Notes under the pieces: model-generated
Seen by the model: only the letters and a program-made list of their open reading frames with translations
What the model was told of the DNA's origin: nothing
Database searches by the model: none
Translations under genes and position numbers: made by a program
In this document: piece after piece, positions 10,040-19,377 of the stretch
Position numbering within the stretch: the stretch's first letter is position 1
Layout of the letters: every line of letters starts with the position of its first letter
Assembly (NCBI GenBank): GCA_049510745.1
Contig: JBEKYR010000001.1
Coordinates: 192,001-256,000, forward strand
DNA length: 64,000 nt
From: Verrucomicrobiota bacterium
Lineage (GTDB): Bacteria > Verrucomicrobiota > Verrucomicrobiia > Limisphaerales > Palsa-1400
Reading direction: 5' to 3'

Positions 10040-10084
10040 TTTTGCAAAAGCATGACAATCGGGGGCGGGCGGATTTGGCAGACT
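10040..10084 (+). promoter_or_regulatory. Second copy of the putative regulator box plus extended -10
   Basis: TTTTGCAAAAGCATGACA, then TGG-CAGACT, ATG 6 nt later. Confidence 0.55.
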
Positions 10085-10090
10085 GAAACC

Positions 10091-12292
10091 ATGCAAATTA
10101 TGAAAACGAAATTGTGCGCTTTGACTTTTCTTCTGGCGGCGGCGTTTGCCCCGGCGCAGACCAACAGCCTCACCGCGCTGCTGCAACAGGGGTTGCTCGA
10201 AGAACAGGCCAACCGCAATCTCGACGCGGCCATTGCGGATTACCAGTCGCTGGCCGCGCAGTTTGACAAGGACCGGCAACTGGCGGCCACGGCGGTTTTC
10301 CGGCTCGGCGAATGTTACCGCGCCCAGGGCAAAACCAACGAAGCCGCCGCGCAATACCAGCGCATCCTCCGCGAATTTCCCGACCAGCAAACGCTCGCCA
10401 CCATGAGCCGGCAGAATTTGACCGGACTGCGCGCGACTGCGCCTGAAGCGGCGCCATCGGAAAAAAATGATGTCATCACGGATGAAGACAAGGAAATCCA
10501 GCGCATCCGGCAACTGATCCAGGACAGCCCGGATTTGATCAATACAACGGCGGACGGCAGCGAAGACCCGCCTCTGATCCATGCAGCCAAGTCGGACCAA
10601 CTCCGCGTGGCGCAATATCTCCTGGACAGCAACGCAAATGTAAATGTGAAAAATGGCGCCGGCGACACACCACTGACGTGGGCGGCTTCTCAGGGACACA
10701 AGGCGATGGTTGAGTTGCTCTTGAGTCGCGGCGCGGAGGTGAATGCGAAGGGGGGCAACGGTGACACGGCGCTTCACCGCGCCGCCTTGCACGGTTTTCA
10801 AGCGGTGGTGGGAGCGCTCCTGGCTGATCACGCCGACGTCAATGCTCTCAACAGCGGAGGAGAGACACCCTTGTTTTTGGCCGCGCAGGACGGACGGACA
10901 AGAATCGTTCAAATGCTTTTGACCGCCGGCGCAAAGGTGAACGTGGAAGCGAATAATGGGCGAACGCCGTTGAGTTACGCCGCAGAGAGGGGTTCGCCGG
11001 AAACCGTGAAAATGCTGCTCGCCGCAAAGGCCGACCCCAACGGCGGCAAGCTGGACGTTCCGCTTCTGTGTGCCATTCACAAAGAAGATGCCAAGTCCGC
11101 CGAACTGCTCCTGCAAAATGGCGCGGCGCCGAATGTGAAAGAAATGGTTGATTGGCCGGTGGTCATCAATCGCACCAGTTATGGTAGCGGCCGTGGCCTT
11201 AGTCCAGCCTCGGTCACGCCACTGTGGGCCGCTGTTTTGGCGAACCAGCTTCCGATGGTGAATCTTCTTCTGAAATTCAAGGCCGACCCGAATGATTCGC
11301 AAACGGACGGGCGGCCGTTATTGTTCACTGCGCTGGCGCTGTCCAACCGCGATATTCTCGAAGCGCTGCTCGACTATCACGCCGATCCGAACGTGCGAAA
11401 CAATGACGGGCAGACGCCATTGAATTGCGTCAACACTTCAGAAGACAAAAAAACCGCCGGCGGCATTGCGGATTTGCTGCGCCAGCACGGCGCGTTGGAC
11501 AACCCGCCGAATTGGGACCTTATCACCATCAGCCGTCCCTCGGCCAATTTTTCGCACACGATTTTCACGGCGGGAACCAATGATTGGAACCGGTTCGGAC
11601 TGCTGGAAACAATTCTCAACTTCTATGAATACTCACAACAGCACTCCTATAACGCAAACGGTTTATGGACTACCCAATCCGCCGCTTCCGCCACGCCGTT
11701 TCCCGACCTGGCCCGCATCGTCATTGTGCGTCCCAGTCATGGCTCAACCAACCAAACGCGGATTGCGGTCAATTTGCTCAACAGCGCGAACGGAATTGAC
11801 TGCTCGAAAGATGTCCCCTTGGAGTTTGGCGACGTGGTGGAAATCCCGGAACGCGGCCATTCGTTGGGTGACAGCCCGGTCGGGTTGACCAGCAGCCAGT
11901 GCGACTCCCTTGTCAATTATCTGAAAGGAAACGTTCAACTCGTCGTGCGCGATCAGAAAGTGGAACTTCCGCTTAATCCCGTTGGCGATCAGTCAATCAT
12001 CGGCACCGTGCTGGGCCGGCCGGAAGCCCGAAATATCATATTGTCTTCGTCCGACCTTTCGCGCGTGAAGGTCTCGCGCCACGATCCGAAAACCGGCAAT
12101 ATGCGCGAATGGATTCTGGATTGCAGCAATCCGCAATCGCGGGCCAATGGGCTGCCTCGTCCTGGCATGCCTGGCGCGCTTCAATATCAGTGGGCTCCAT
12201 CACCTTTTGGTCCTGCGCCAAATCAGCCGCCACCGTCGCCCGATCTCCGGCTCCGTGACGGCGACGTGATCGAAGTGCCGGAGAAACTTTGA
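10091..12292 (+). CDS. Secreted TPR + ankyrin-repeat protein with C-terminal SLBB-like motifs
   Basis: Signal peptide; TPR-like FRLGECYRAQGKTNEAAAQYQ; multiple GDTPL/GETPL/GRTPL ankyrin repeats; LEFGDVVEIPE and LRDGDVIEVPE. Confidence 0.85.
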   Translation: MQIMKTKLCALTFLLAAAFAPAQTNSLTALLQQGLLEEQANRNLDAAIADYQSLAAQFDKDRQLAATAVFRLGECYRAQGKTNEAAAQYQRILREFPDQQTLATMSRQNLTGLRATAPEAAPSEKNDVITDEDKEIQRIRQLIQDSPDLINTTADGSEDPPLIHAAKSDQLRVAQYLLDSNANVNVKNGAGDTPLTWAASQGHKAMVELLLSRGAEVNAKGGNGDTALHRAALHGFQAVVGALLADHADVNALNSGGETPLFLAAQDGRTRIVQMLLTAGAKVNVEANNGRTPLSYAAERGSPETVKMLLAAKADPNGGKLDVPLLCAIHKEDAKSAELLLQNGAAPNVKEMVDWPVVINRTSYGSGRGLSPASVTPLWAAVLANQLPMVNLLLKFKADPNDSQTDGRPLLFTALALSNRDILEALLDYHADPNVRNNDGQTPLNCVNTSEDKKTAGGIADLLRQHGALDNPPNWDLITISRPSANFSHTIFTAGTNDWNRFGLLETILNFYEYSQQHSYNANGLWTTQSAASATPFPDLARIVIVRPSHGSTNQTRIAVNLLNSANGIDCSKDVPLEFGDVVEIPERGHSLGDSPVGLTSSQCDSLVNYLKGNVQLVVRDQKVELPLNPVGDQSIIGTVLGRPEARNIILSSSDLSRVKVSRHDPKTGNMREWILDCSNPQSRANGLPRPGMPGALQYQWAPSPFGPAPNQPPPSPDLRLRDGDVIEVPEKL

Positions 12293-12330
12293 ACTTTGCA
12301 GTTTGACCTCGTCCAGACATCCTCGGCGCC

Positions 12331-13269
12331 ATGCGTGTTGGTGTTTTGTGCCGGGCGGACGAATTGGCGTGGGTGCAGAAGCTGGGCTTGCGGTCCATGG
12401 AATGGATGCGCTTCGCCCAATCTCCCGCCGCGCCGCCTCACGCCGATTGGCAGCCTTTCGCCGACAAATTGGCGGCGGAAGCCACGGAGCGCGGCATCCG
12501 CCTCTCCGCCATCGGCGCGCTCTACAAGAATCCGCTTGACCCCAGACAAACCGAAACCGCCCGCGCCGTCTTCGAGCGCGCCATCGACGTGGCGGCGCGG
12601 ATGGGCATCCGCACCGTCTCGGGGTTTGCCGGCGCGGTGATCGAGCTGGAAACGAACGAGCGGGGCGGAAATCCTCTTTACAAGCCGTTCGAGAATTATC
12701 TCCCGCAACTGCTGGCCTTTTGGGAGCCGCTGGCGCGCCGGGCGGCGGAACGCAACGTGCGCCTCGCCTTTGAAAATTGCCCGCAAGGCCCGTGGCATCT
12801 GCCGTTGATGCACTACAACATCATGGGCCAGCCGGCCCTGTGGGAACGGCTCTTCAACGAAACCAAATGCGACAACCTCGGCCTGGAATGGGACCCCAGC
12901 CATCTCCTCTGCCAGTTCATCGACCCGGTGGCGAACATCCGGCGTTTTGGCGCGCGCATCTTTCATGTCCACGCCAAGGACGCCTTTATCAACCGCCGGC
13001 TGCTGGAAACTTACGGCCCGTGCCATCCGGGCGTGGCCGAGCACCGCTTTCCCGGCCTGGGCCAGGCCAACTGGGGGGAAATCATCCACGCCCTCTTGCG
13101 CGCCGGTTACGATTCGGATTTGAACATCGAAGGCTGGCACGACCCGGTGTACCGCGACCACGAGGGCGGCCCGAAGCTCGAAGAAGCGGGATTGCTCCTG
13201 GCCCGGAAGACCCTCGAACCTTTCACCGCCGGCACCGAACCGCCGCCGTGTCCCAATATGTCCTCATGA
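12331..13269 (+). CDS. Sugar phosphate isomerase/epimerase (xylose isomerase-like TIM barrel)
   Basis: LAFENCP, LEWDPSH, HVHAKD, PGLG, LNIE metal-binding motifs. Confidence 0.88.
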   Translation: MRVGVLCRADELAWVQKLGLRSMEWMRFAQSPAAPPHADWQPFADKLAAEATERGIRLSAIGALYKNPLDPRQTETARAVFERAIDVAARMGIRTVSGFAGAVIELETNERGGNPLYKPFENYLPQLLAFWEPLARRAAERNVRLAFENCPQGPWHLPLMHYNIMGQPALWERLFNETKCDNLGLEWDPSHLLCQFIDPVANIRRFGARIFHVHAKDAFINRRLLETYGPCHPGVAEHRFPGLGQANWGEIIHALLRAGYDSDLNIEGWHDPVYRDHEGGPKLEEAGLLLARKTLEPFTAGTEPPPCPNMSS

Positions 13270-13440
13270 ACGGCTTTCTCGTTCCTCGGCGACCGCCTTG
13301 CCGATGGCTTCACGGTCGAGCGTGTACCCGGTAGGAACCTGGAAAAACAGCCCTTCTCCCCGTTTGACCAGTTTCGCAACAACCCGCCTCGGTCCGGGCT
13401 TTGGGACCACGGAAACAAGTTTTATCTTTTTGGAGATCAT
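13264..13440 (-). CDS. Small hypothetical protein downstream of higBA, possible orphan antitoxin-like protein
   Basis: Short ORF co-directional with higBA; no diagnostic motif. Confidence 0.3.
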   Translation of the reverse strand: MISKKIKLVSVVPKPGPRRVVAKLVKRGEGLFFQVPTGYTLDREAIGKAVAEERESRS

Positions 13441-13480
13441 GGCCTTGGTCAAGACTTACGGTATCGCGAGGCCAACGCCT

Positions 13481-13906
13481 TCACGACAGGAACAAGTCGG
13501 CAGACACTCCAAAGTGCCGCGCCAGCGTTCGCACGTGATTGAGCGTAAGGTTGCGTTCGCCGCGCAAAATCATCGCGCCCAAGTTGCGGCTGCCGCCCAA
13601 AAGGCGCGAGAGGTCCGCCGCCGCAAGACCCTGTTCTCCAAGCAGATGTTTCAGCGCATCCACGCCCGTGACCTTCGGCCACTTGACATGCTTGGAATCG
13701 TATTCTTCGATGAGCGAGCAAAGCAGCTCAAAATAGTCCGCTTGGTCGCCGTTGAAATCATCGTGCCACAAGACCATCGCATCGGCCACTTCCACAATGT
13801 TCGCGTAGTCCACCGCGTCGCGGATGGGGCGCGGCAAAAACACACGACACAGGGCCGCGTAGTCCTTTGGCAAGTCTTGAAAGCGGAGTTTCGTCTTGGT
13901 CTTCAT
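13481..13906 (-). CDS. higA: HigA-type antitoxin (HTH)
   Basis: PRPIRD..DY, LCSLIEEYD, ILRGERNLTLNHVRTLARHFGVS; overlaps toxin stop. Confidence 0.9.
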   Translation of the reverse strand: MKTKTKLRFQDLPKDYAALCRVFLPRPIRDAVDYANIVEVADAMVLWHDDFNGDQADYFELLCSLIEEYDSKHVKWPKVTGVDALKHLLGEQGLAAADLSRLLGGSRNLGAMILRGERNLTLNHVRTLARHFGVSADLFLS

Positions 13907-14211
13907 AATTCGTCTTTCCAGTCGTCGCGATCGTATTCGGCGTGCGTCAGGAAGCGGAGCGTGAAGGCCATCTGGCTGTTAAAGTGCATGGCCACGATGA
14001 GCCGATACGTATTGCCGCAGACGTTGAACACAATCACCGGCCTTCCACTACGGACATGCACAACGTCCGCGCTGGCGTAACAATTGCGCACCTCAACCAT
14101 GTTTCGCCATGCCGCCGCCCGCACGCTCGCCGTCCAGGCCGCCAAATACTTCGCGGCCTTCGGATATTGTTCCGCCGCGTCGCGGAGGAACTTTTCCTTA
14201 ATAATCCGCAC
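13903..14211 (-). CDS. higB: HigB-type mRNA interferase toxin
   Basis: MRII, SAD, VFNVCGNTYRLI, FLTHAEYDR. Confidence 0.92.
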   Translation of the reverse strand: MRIIKEKFLRDAAEQYPKAAKYLAAWTASVRAAAWRNMVEVRNCYASADVVHVRSGRPVIVFNVCGNTYRLIVAMHFNSQMAFTLRFLTHAEYDRDDWKDEL

Positions 14212-14246
14212 GCATACAATCTGTATTCATTGGCCGGATTTGTCAA
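14212..14246 (-). promoter_or_regulatory. higBA promoter (probably leaderless) with operator-like palindrome
   Basis: TTGACA-N17-CAGATT, GTG start 6 nt later; ATACA-N3-TGTAT at 14214-14226 overlaps the -10. Confidence 0.6.
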
Positions 14247-14279
14247 ACTCGAAGCGCGACATTGTAGTGAAAAGCCCGT

Positions 14280-14513
14280 TTAAGCTGCCTGTAACTCGCG
14301 CACGTGAGCGACATCACGGCGGGAGACTGGGCGGAGTTGGCTGCTCTCAACCGTGGCCACTGTCAAGGTGCGTCCGTCGAGCGTGGTGAATTCCACTTCG
14401 TAAGCCGCCCCGCCCTTGTGAATGTGGACCACCGTGCCGACATCGCCCGCCTTGAGCTTCTCGCCGGGCAAGTCCGTCGTCAACACCACACAATCATGTT
14501 CCTTGATCTTCAT
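14280..14513 (-). CDS. DUF4926 domain protein
   Basis: MKIKEHDCVVLTTDLP..LKAGDVGTVVH....AYEVEF; GGAGG SD before ATG 14513. Confidence 0.85.
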   Translation of the reverse strand: MKIKEHDCVVLTTDLPGEKLKAGDVGTVVHIHKGGAAYEVEFTTLDGRTLTVATVESSQLRPVSRRDVAHVRELQAA

Positions 14514-14566
14514 TCGTCCTCCAAAGGATACGCGGTAATCAAGCGGGGCGCAACGTCGCCAGAATT
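14510..14566 (-). pseudogene. 3' remnant of a DUF6883-like gene
   Basis: Reads NSGDVAPRLITAYPLEDE*; its stop overlaps the DUF4926 ATG (ATGA); no start codon. Confidence 0.55.
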
Positions 14567-15604
14567 TCAATCCTCCACCGGCTCGATTACCACTTTGCCC
14601 AGCACCTCGCGCCGGCGCAGCGCGGCGAACGCTTCCGGCGTCCGGCTCAACGGATAGACTTCGTGGGTGGCGGGTTTGATCTTCCCTTCCGCCGCCCATT
14701 CCAGCGTGGCCAAAATGTCCTTTCGATTTCGCCCGTAGCTGCCCACCAGCTTTTGCTCTTTGACAAACAGCGGCCACAATTGCAGCCGCACCTCACGCCC
14801 GGCCGTCGCGCCGCAAGTGACAATCGTCCCGCCGCGCGCCAAGCAGGTGAAACATTGCGCCAGTACTTCGCCGCCAATGTGTTCGACCACCAAGTCTGCG
14901 CCGCGCTTGCCCGTCAGCTTGCGCACTTCGGCGGGCCAGGCCGGATTGGAACTATCGACGACATGCTCGGCGCCCAAGGCCAGGGCGAACCGGCGCTTGG
15001 CGTCGGTCGAGCCGGTGCTGATGACGCGCGCGCCCAGTTGCCGGGCGATTTGAATCGCCGCCGACCCGACGCCGCTGGCCCCGCCCATCGCCAGCACCCA
15101 ATCGCCGGGCCGCACCTGCGCGCGGCGCGTGAGCATGTGCATGGCCGTGCTCGCGGCCAGGGTCAACGCGGCGGACGCGGCAAAATCCACCTTCTCCGGC
15201 AGGCGCACCAGGGCCGACGCGGGCACGGCCACCCGTTCGGCAAATCCGCCGTCGCGCTGCACGCCGAGGATCTGGCCGTTGAGACAGGTGGACTCGTCCC
15301 CGCGCGCGCAGAACTCGCACTTGCCGCAAAAGAGATTGGATTGCACGGCCACGCGGTCGCCTGGGCGCCAATCCACCGCGTCCCGGCCCACCGCGAGCAC
15401 TTCGCCGGAAATTTCTCCGCCCGGCACGCGCGGCAAAGCGACCGTTATGGGCAGCCCCCCTTCCTCCAACCACAGGTCCAGCCGGTTGAGGCCGCAGGCG
15501 CGGACGCGGACGACGATTTCATTGGCGGCAGGGCTGGGGTCGGGGAGGTCGGTGTAGCTGAATTTCCCCGGCGCGCCATGAGCGATGAGTTGGACGGCTT
15601 TCAT
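14567..15604 (-). CDS. Zinc-binding alcohol dehydrogenase / MDR oxidoreductase
   Basis: PGGEISG, CGKCEFC..G....C structural Zn cluster, GGASGVGS nucleotide-binding motif. Confidence 0.92.
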   Translation of the reverse strand: MKAVQLIAHGAPGKFSYTDLPDPSPAANEIVVRVRACGLNRLDLWLEEGGLPITVALPRVPGGEISGEVLAVGRDAVDWRPGDRVAVQSNLFCGKCEFCARGDESTCLNGQILGVQRDGGFAERVAVPASALVRLPEKVDFAASAALTLAASTAMHMLTRRAQVRPGDWVLAMGGASGVGSAAIQIARQLGARVISTGSTDAKRRFALALGAEHVVDSSNPAWPAEVRKLTGKRGADLVVEHIGGEVLAQCFTCLARGGTIVTCGATAGREVRLQLWPLFVKEQKLVGSYGRNRKDILATLEWAAEGKIKPATHEVYPLSRTPEAFAALRRREVLGKVVIEPVED

Positions 15605-15711
15605 TGGCGCAACTTGATTACAACCGACCGACGGGATTCGCCAGAGGAAACTCCGCCGGCCCGCCGTGTCATTGCGCTTTAAAGTGAACCGCCGACAGTC
15701 TAGGCTTTTGG

Positions 15712-16452
15712 ATGCTTTCGGAAAAACCCTGGGCCATCGACAGCGTGGTGCGACTCTTCTTGTGCATTGCTCTCACGTATTGCGTCGGGATGCTGCCCAT
15801 TGGCCTGCTGGACCGCGTGACGCTCTGGCCCAAAGCGGAGCGGGAATTCCTGCAAATGCTGGCCGGCGCCCTGTTTTTGCAGATCGCCGTGCTGGTTTGG
15901 GTCCGCTTTTTCCTGCGCCAATACGCCTTCGGGTGGAAGGAGGGCTTCGGGTTGAATTCGTCCGAAGCGGCGTCGGCCACGGCATACGGCATTCTGGCGG
16001 GCGCGCTCTTTTTTCCGGTGGCCCAGGGGCTGCAATGGCTCTCCGCGTGCCTGATGGAATTGGCCCACAAAACACCGGAAGCGCAAGCGGCGGTGCAGGC
16101 CCTGCAAGACCCGAATGTTTCGGTCGGGGAGAAAATTGTTTTTGGCGTGGTCGCCGTGGTGCTGGCGCCGTTGGTCGAGGAATCGCTCTTTCGCGGGATT
16201 CTTTACCCGGCCATCAAGCAACTCGGCTACCCGCGGCTGGCCTTGTGGGGAACGTCGGTTCTATTTGCGGCGTTGCACTTTAACGAGCCGACGTTTGTGC
16301 CGCTGGTGGCCTTCGGGCTGGTGCTGGTGCGGCTCTATGAAGCGTTCGGGAATCTACTGGCGCCCATCGTGGCGCACAGTTTCTTTAATGCCGCCAACTT
16401 TGTTATTCTGATCTTCCAGGACCAGCTTGAACATCTGTTCCACCTGACATGA
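15712..16452 (+). CDS. CPBP (CAAX/Abi) intramembrane metalloprotease
   Basis: EESLFRG, FAALH, AHSFFN motifs; multi-TM. Confidence 0.92.
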   Translation: MLSEKPWAIDSVVRLFLCIALTYCVGMLPIGLLDRVTLWPKAEREFLQMLAGALFLQIAVLVWVRFFLRQYAFGWKEGFGLNSSEAASATAYGILAGALFFPVAQGLQWLSACLMELAHKTPEAQAAVQALQDPNVSVGEKIVFGVVAVVLAPLVEESLFRGILYPAIKQLGYPRLALWGTSVLFAALHFNEPTFVPLVAFGLVLVRLYEAFGNLLAPIVAHSFFNAANFVILIFQDQLEHLFHLT

Positions 16453-17381
16453 ATGAATTTGAATTGATCGCGCGGCTCACGCGCGCGCTGCCCGTCAACC
16501 CCTCGGTTGTCGTCGGGGCGGGCGACGATTGCGCGGTGCTCGACGGCGGCCGGCCCGGGCATTACCTGCTGCTCAAAACCGATGCCGTGGTCCAGGGGGT
16601 TCATTTCACGGCGGCGGCCACGCCGGAGCAAATCGGGCACAAAGCCCTGGCGCGCTGTCTGAGCGACATCGCGGCGATGGCGGGACAGCCGCTGGCCGCG
16701 CTGGTCACGGTCGCGTTGCCGACAGATTTCAAACCGGACGAGGTTGAGCGGATTTACGCGGGCATCAACGGCCTGGCGCAACGATACGGGGTCGCGATCG
16801 TCGGCGGGGAGACGACGAGCAACCCGGAGCGCCTGCTGCTTTCGGTCGCGGTGCTGGGAGAGGTGGCGCGGGACAAATGCATTCTGCGCAGCGGCGCGAA
16901 GGAGGGGGACGCGCTGTTTGTGTCGGGAGAATTGGGCGGCTCGCGGGCGGGAAAACATCTGGAATTTGAGCCGCGGCTGGCGGAGGCGCAATGGCTGGCG
17001 GCGAATTTTTCCATCCACGCCATGATCGATTTGAGCGACGGGCTGGCGGGGGATTTGCCCCACATTCTGCAACGGAGCGGCGTCGGCGCGGAACTGCTGG
17101 CCCAAGCCATCCCGATCAGCCGCGCCGCCAAACTCCAGGCCCGGTCCGAATCCTCCGCCAAACCGCCGCTGCTGGCCGCGCTGGGCGACGGGGAGGATTT
17201 TGAATTGCTCTTCGCCGCGCCCAGCCGTCAGGCGGTGCCGTTGCTGGACGGCTGGAAAAAACAGTTTCCGCGAGTGCGCTTGAGTTGCATCGGGCGGATC
17301 ACCAAGGGGCATGGGGTGAAACTGCGGGACAAAACGGGCCTTCATTCCTTGAAGACGCATGGCTACGTTCATTTCGCATAG
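16449..17381 (+). CDS. thiL: Thiamine-monophosphate kinase
   Basis: MNEFELI, GDDCA, LSDIAAMAG, GGET, IDLSDGL, GEDFEL. Confidence 0.95.
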   Translation: MNEFELIARLTRALPVNPSVVVGAGDDCAVLDGGRPGHYLLLKTDAVVQGVHFTAAATPEQIGHKALARCLSDIAAMAGQPLAALVTVALPTDFKPDEVERIYAGINGLAQRYGVAIVGGETTSNPERLLLSVAVLGEVARDKCILRSGAKEGDALFVSGELGGSRAGKHLEFEPRLAEAQWLAANFSIHAMIDLSDGLAGDLPHILQRSGVGAELLAQAIPISRAAKLQARSESSAKPPLLAALGDGEDFELLFAAPSRQAVPLLDGWKKQFPRVRLSCIGRITKGHGVKLRDKTGLHSLKTHGYVHFA

Positions 17382-17805
17382 CCCCGCCGAAACGGCGCTC
17401 CTGGGCGAACAATGGGGGCGCGCCGCGCGCGCAGGCTGGCTCATCGGCTTGAGCGGCGCTCTCGGCACGGGCAAAACGCTGCTCGCCGGCGGCCTGGCCC
17501 GCGGTTTGGGCGTGACCGCGCGTGTGCCTTCGCCCACTTTCGCGCTGGTAAACGAGTACCGGGGCGGACGCCTCCCCCTGTGGCATCTGGACCTTTACCG
17601 GCTGGCGACGCGCGCGGAAATCGTCGCCGCCGGCTTGGAGCCGTATCTGTGCCGGCCGCCCGGTGTGGTCGTGGTGGAATGGATCGAACGGTGGATGGAC
17701 CAGGAGCCTGGCCCGCTGGCGCCGGGCGTGAGATTTCGCCGGGTCGAAATCAAAACCGCCGGCGAGGCGGAGCGGAGAATTGTCTATGAAGATTTTGGCG
17801 GTTGA
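17359..17805 (+). CDS. tsaE: tRNA t6A biosynthesis ATPase
   Basis: GALGTGKT, SPTFALVNEY, HLDLYRL, VVEW. Confidence 0.94.
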   Translation: MATFISHSPAETALLGEQWGRAARAGWLIGLSGALGTGKTLLAGGLARGLGVTARVPSPTFALVNEYRGGRLPLWHLDLYRLATRAEIVAAGLEPYLCRPPGVVVVEWIERWMDQEPGPLAPGVRFRRVEIKTAGEAERRIVYEDFGG

Positions 17806-18442
17806 GTTTTCGTCGGAACAGCGCAGCGTCGCCTTGATGGAGGACGACGCGAGCGCGGCTCCCGTGCTGGCGGGCCGGGCGGCGGAAATTTCCGGCCGCC
17901 GCGCCCTGGGCCTGGTCGAAGAGGCGCTGCAACAAGCCGGCTGGCAACGCGAGGAGATCCAGACGCTGGCCGTCGGGCTGGGGCCGGGGTCGTACACCGG
18001 CATCCGCGGGGCCATTGCGCTGGCCCAGGGTTGGCAGTTGGGCCGCGGCGTGAATTTGCTCGGCATCAGCAGCGTCGAATGCCTCGCGGCCCAGGCGGAA
18101 GCCGAAAAAATGTTCGGCCCGGTTCATATCGTGGTGGATGCGCAACGCAATGAGTTTTACCTGGCGGGATATGAAATTGCGCCGGGCCGGCGGCACGAAG
18201 CGCAGCCGCTGCGGCTGGCGGGGTTGGCCGAAATCCAGCGTCTGGCGGATGCCGGGGCCAGGATCATCGGCCCCGAGGCGGCGCAATGGTTCCCGCAAGC
18301 CGCAACGGTTTTTCCCGACGCGGCGGTTCTGGCGCGGCTGGCCTGCGGCCGGCGCGATTATGTTCCGGGCGGAAAACTGGAGCCGATTTATATGCGACAA
18401 ACAACGTTCAAGAAAGCGCCGCCTTTGCGGGTTGTAACATGA
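17786..18442 (+). CDS. tsaB: tRNA t6A biosynthesis protein
   Basis: MKILAVE, GPGSYTGIR, DAQRNEFY, EPIYMR. Confidence 0.92.
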   Translation: MKILAVEFSSEQRSVALMEDDASAAPVLAGRAAEISGRRALGLVEEALQQAGWQREEIQTLAVGLGPGSYTGIRGAIALAQGWQLGRGVNLLGISSVECLAAQAEAEKMFGPVHIVVDAQRNEFYLAGYEIAPGRRHEAQPLRLAGLAEIQRLADAGARIIGPEAAQWFPQAATVFPDAAVLARLACGRRDYVPGGKLEPIYMRQTTFKKAPPLRVVT

Positions 18443-19374
18443 AACGGTTTATTGTGATGACTCTGGCCGCGGTGATGGGCGCCGCCCTGCCGGCCCCGGC
18501 GGCCGATGACGTCGCGCCGCCCGCCATGCCGCACCGGGATATCGCGCCGCCCAAGGACCCGCCCCGCGGCGAGACGGTCAATCTGAAGGACGGCGATATC
18601 GCGTTCACCTTGTTTTTGCCGGCGGGCTGGCAGGTGCCGCCGACGGGCGAGACGCCGCTGACGGTCCATTTTCACGGGGCGGCCTGGTTTGCCATTGACG
18701 AACACTTGCGGCACGGGTTGAGCACGCCGCTGCTCGCGGCCTATTTGGGCGAAGGCTCGTCCGTCTATCAAAAACCGTTTGCGGACCGGGAGCGGTTCGA
18801 CCGCTGGCTGCAATTGGCGGTGCAGGCGCTGCGCGAGCGCGGAGCGCCGGCCAACACCCGCATCAGCGCGGTCGATGTCACCAGCTTCAGCGCCGGTTAC
18901 GGCGCGGTTCGGGAGTTGCTGAAATCTCCGAAGTATTCCGAGTTGATCCGCCGGATTGTGTTGAGCGACTCGATGTACGCCAGCCTGGCGGAAGGCTCCA
19001 ACGCGCCGGTGGAGACGCCCTATGGCATCTTCCGCCAGCCCGCCCGCGACCAGATCGACGTCTGGGTCCCGTTTGCCCGCGCGGCGGCCCGGGGCGAAAA
19101 AACATTTGTCTTGACGGTCTCGGAGGTGCCGACGGCCGGCTATGCCAGTTCCGGCGAGTGCGCGGCAGCCCTCATCCGCGAGTTGAACGCGCCAGTGACG
19201 GTGATCGCGCCGCTGTCCAGCGCGGCCGCGAGCGACCCGGACTTTCCGCTCAAATTCCGCGCCGACCTGGGCAATTTTCACATCTGGGGCTACGGCGGGA
19301 CCAACGCGCAAGCACACATGAACCAGGTGCGCCACATGGCCGACGTTTGGCTGGCGCTGGACGCCCGGAAATGA
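18439..19374 (+). CDS. Secreted alpha/beta-hydrolase-like hypothetical protein
   Basis: Signal peptide; HFHG, SFSAG nucleophile-elbow-like motif, LSDS, C-terminal His. Confidence 0.6.
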   Translation: MKRFIVMTLAAVMGAALPAPAADDVAPPAMPHRDIAPPKDPPRGETVNLKDGDIAFTLFLPAGWQVPPTGETPLTVHFHGAAWFAIDEHLRHGLSTPLLAAYLGEGSSVYQKPFADRERFDRWLQLAVQALRERGAPANTRISAVDVTSFSAGYGAVRELLKSPKYSELIRRIVLSDSMYASLAEGSNAPVETPYGIFRQPARDQIDVWVPFARAAARGEKTFVLTVSEVPTAGYASSGECAAALIRELNAPVTVIAPLSSAAASDPDFPLKFRADLGNFHIWGYGGTNAQAHMNQVRHMADVWLALDARK

Positions 19375-19377
19375 CGC

